Shown here piece after piece: positions 34,338 through 34,588 of a DNA stretch of 34,588 bases; within the stretch, counting starts at the first letter, position 1; every line of letters begins with the position of its first letter. The notes under the pieces were generated by a model. The model was not told where the DNA came from, did no database searches, and saw only the letters and a list, made by a program, of their open reading frames with translations. Source of the DNA: an uncultured Lentimicrobiaceae bacterium (GTDB taxonomy: Bacteria; Bacteroidota; Bacteroidia; Bacteroidales; UBA4417). Position numbers and translations under genes: made by a program. Location: positions 1 through 34,588 of the forward strand of contig CAZBZA010000002.1 in NCBI GenBank assembly GCA_964495865.1, in the 5' to 3' direction.

Positions 34338-34588
34338 CTATAAATTCTGATCGTAATACTCCGCCAGTTTCCTGAAAAGGTGCAGTCGTTCCATACCTCC
34401 TACATTATGTTCGTGGTTTGGATACACGAAATAATCAATTTGTTTACCTTTCTGAATGCAGGATTGGATAAACTGAAGGCTGTTTTGCCATACAACGGTA
34501 TTATCCTGCGCACCATGAATTATCAGAACTTTCCCTTCCATCTGATCTACATAATTAAGAAGACAGGCTTTTTTATATCCTTCCGGAT
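34338..34588 (-). CDS. S9 (prolyl oligopeptidase/DPP-IV-like) serine peptidase, C-terminal fragment (gene continues beyond window end)
   Basis: The frame stays open to the window edge: ...PEGYKKACLLNYVDQMEGKVLIIHGAQDNTVVWQNS...YPNHEHNV... This carries the catalytic Asp and His context of alpha/beta-fold S9 peptidases. Confidence 0.6.
   Translation of the reverse strand, partial: PEGYKKACLLNYVDQMEGKVLIIHGAQDNTVVWQNSLQFIQSCIQKGKQIDYFVYPNHEHNVGGMERLHLFRKLAEYYDQNL

Overview
This 34.6 kb chromosomal segment looks like Bacteroidota. The evidence is a T9SS C-terminal sorting domain, BACON-like repeats, a CarboxypepD_reg-type TonB-dependent receptor, and TAnnTTTG -7 boxes upstream of several genes. 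All product calls come from reading motifs in the supplied translations; I ran no searches.

The content is mostly housekeeping:
- sdhC-sdhA-sdhB (fumarate reductase/succinate dehydrogenase), with a four-helix-bundle gene wedged between sdhA and sdhB
- two paralogous M24B Xaa-Pro aminopeptidases
- an alpha/beta hydrolase
- a 1284-aa multidomain T9SS-secreted protein
- nadD-gmk-yicC
- a PLD-like protein, an EamA transporter, Hsp20, glutamine synthetase and TerC
- a flavin-reductase/rubredoxin fusion and MeaB
- a tRNA cluster: Lys-CTT, Pro-CGG, Thr-CGT, plus a truncated tRNA-like 5' fragment
- DUF2807-like and OMP genes, and AlkB
- a tight 4-gene TonB-dependent receptor operon with two paralogous lipoproteins
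- hcp (hybrid cluster protein)
- the 3' end of an S9-type peptidase

I saw no transposase, integrase, CRISPR array or recognisable defence gene.

The observations most worth a second look:
1. The four-helix-bundle cassette in the sdh operon is bracketed by inverted TTAGGG-like repeats.
2. A family of short 'word' repeats abuts stop codons at 7 gene ends plus one gene start. It includes a perfect 20-bp inverted repeat pair and a 9-bp x7 tandem array.
3. The hcp module is flanked by a 44-bp direct repeat that duplicates the last codons of the neighbouring peptidase gene.
4. The TonB-dependent receptor operon is uncharacterised.

I cannot show that any of these is a new system.
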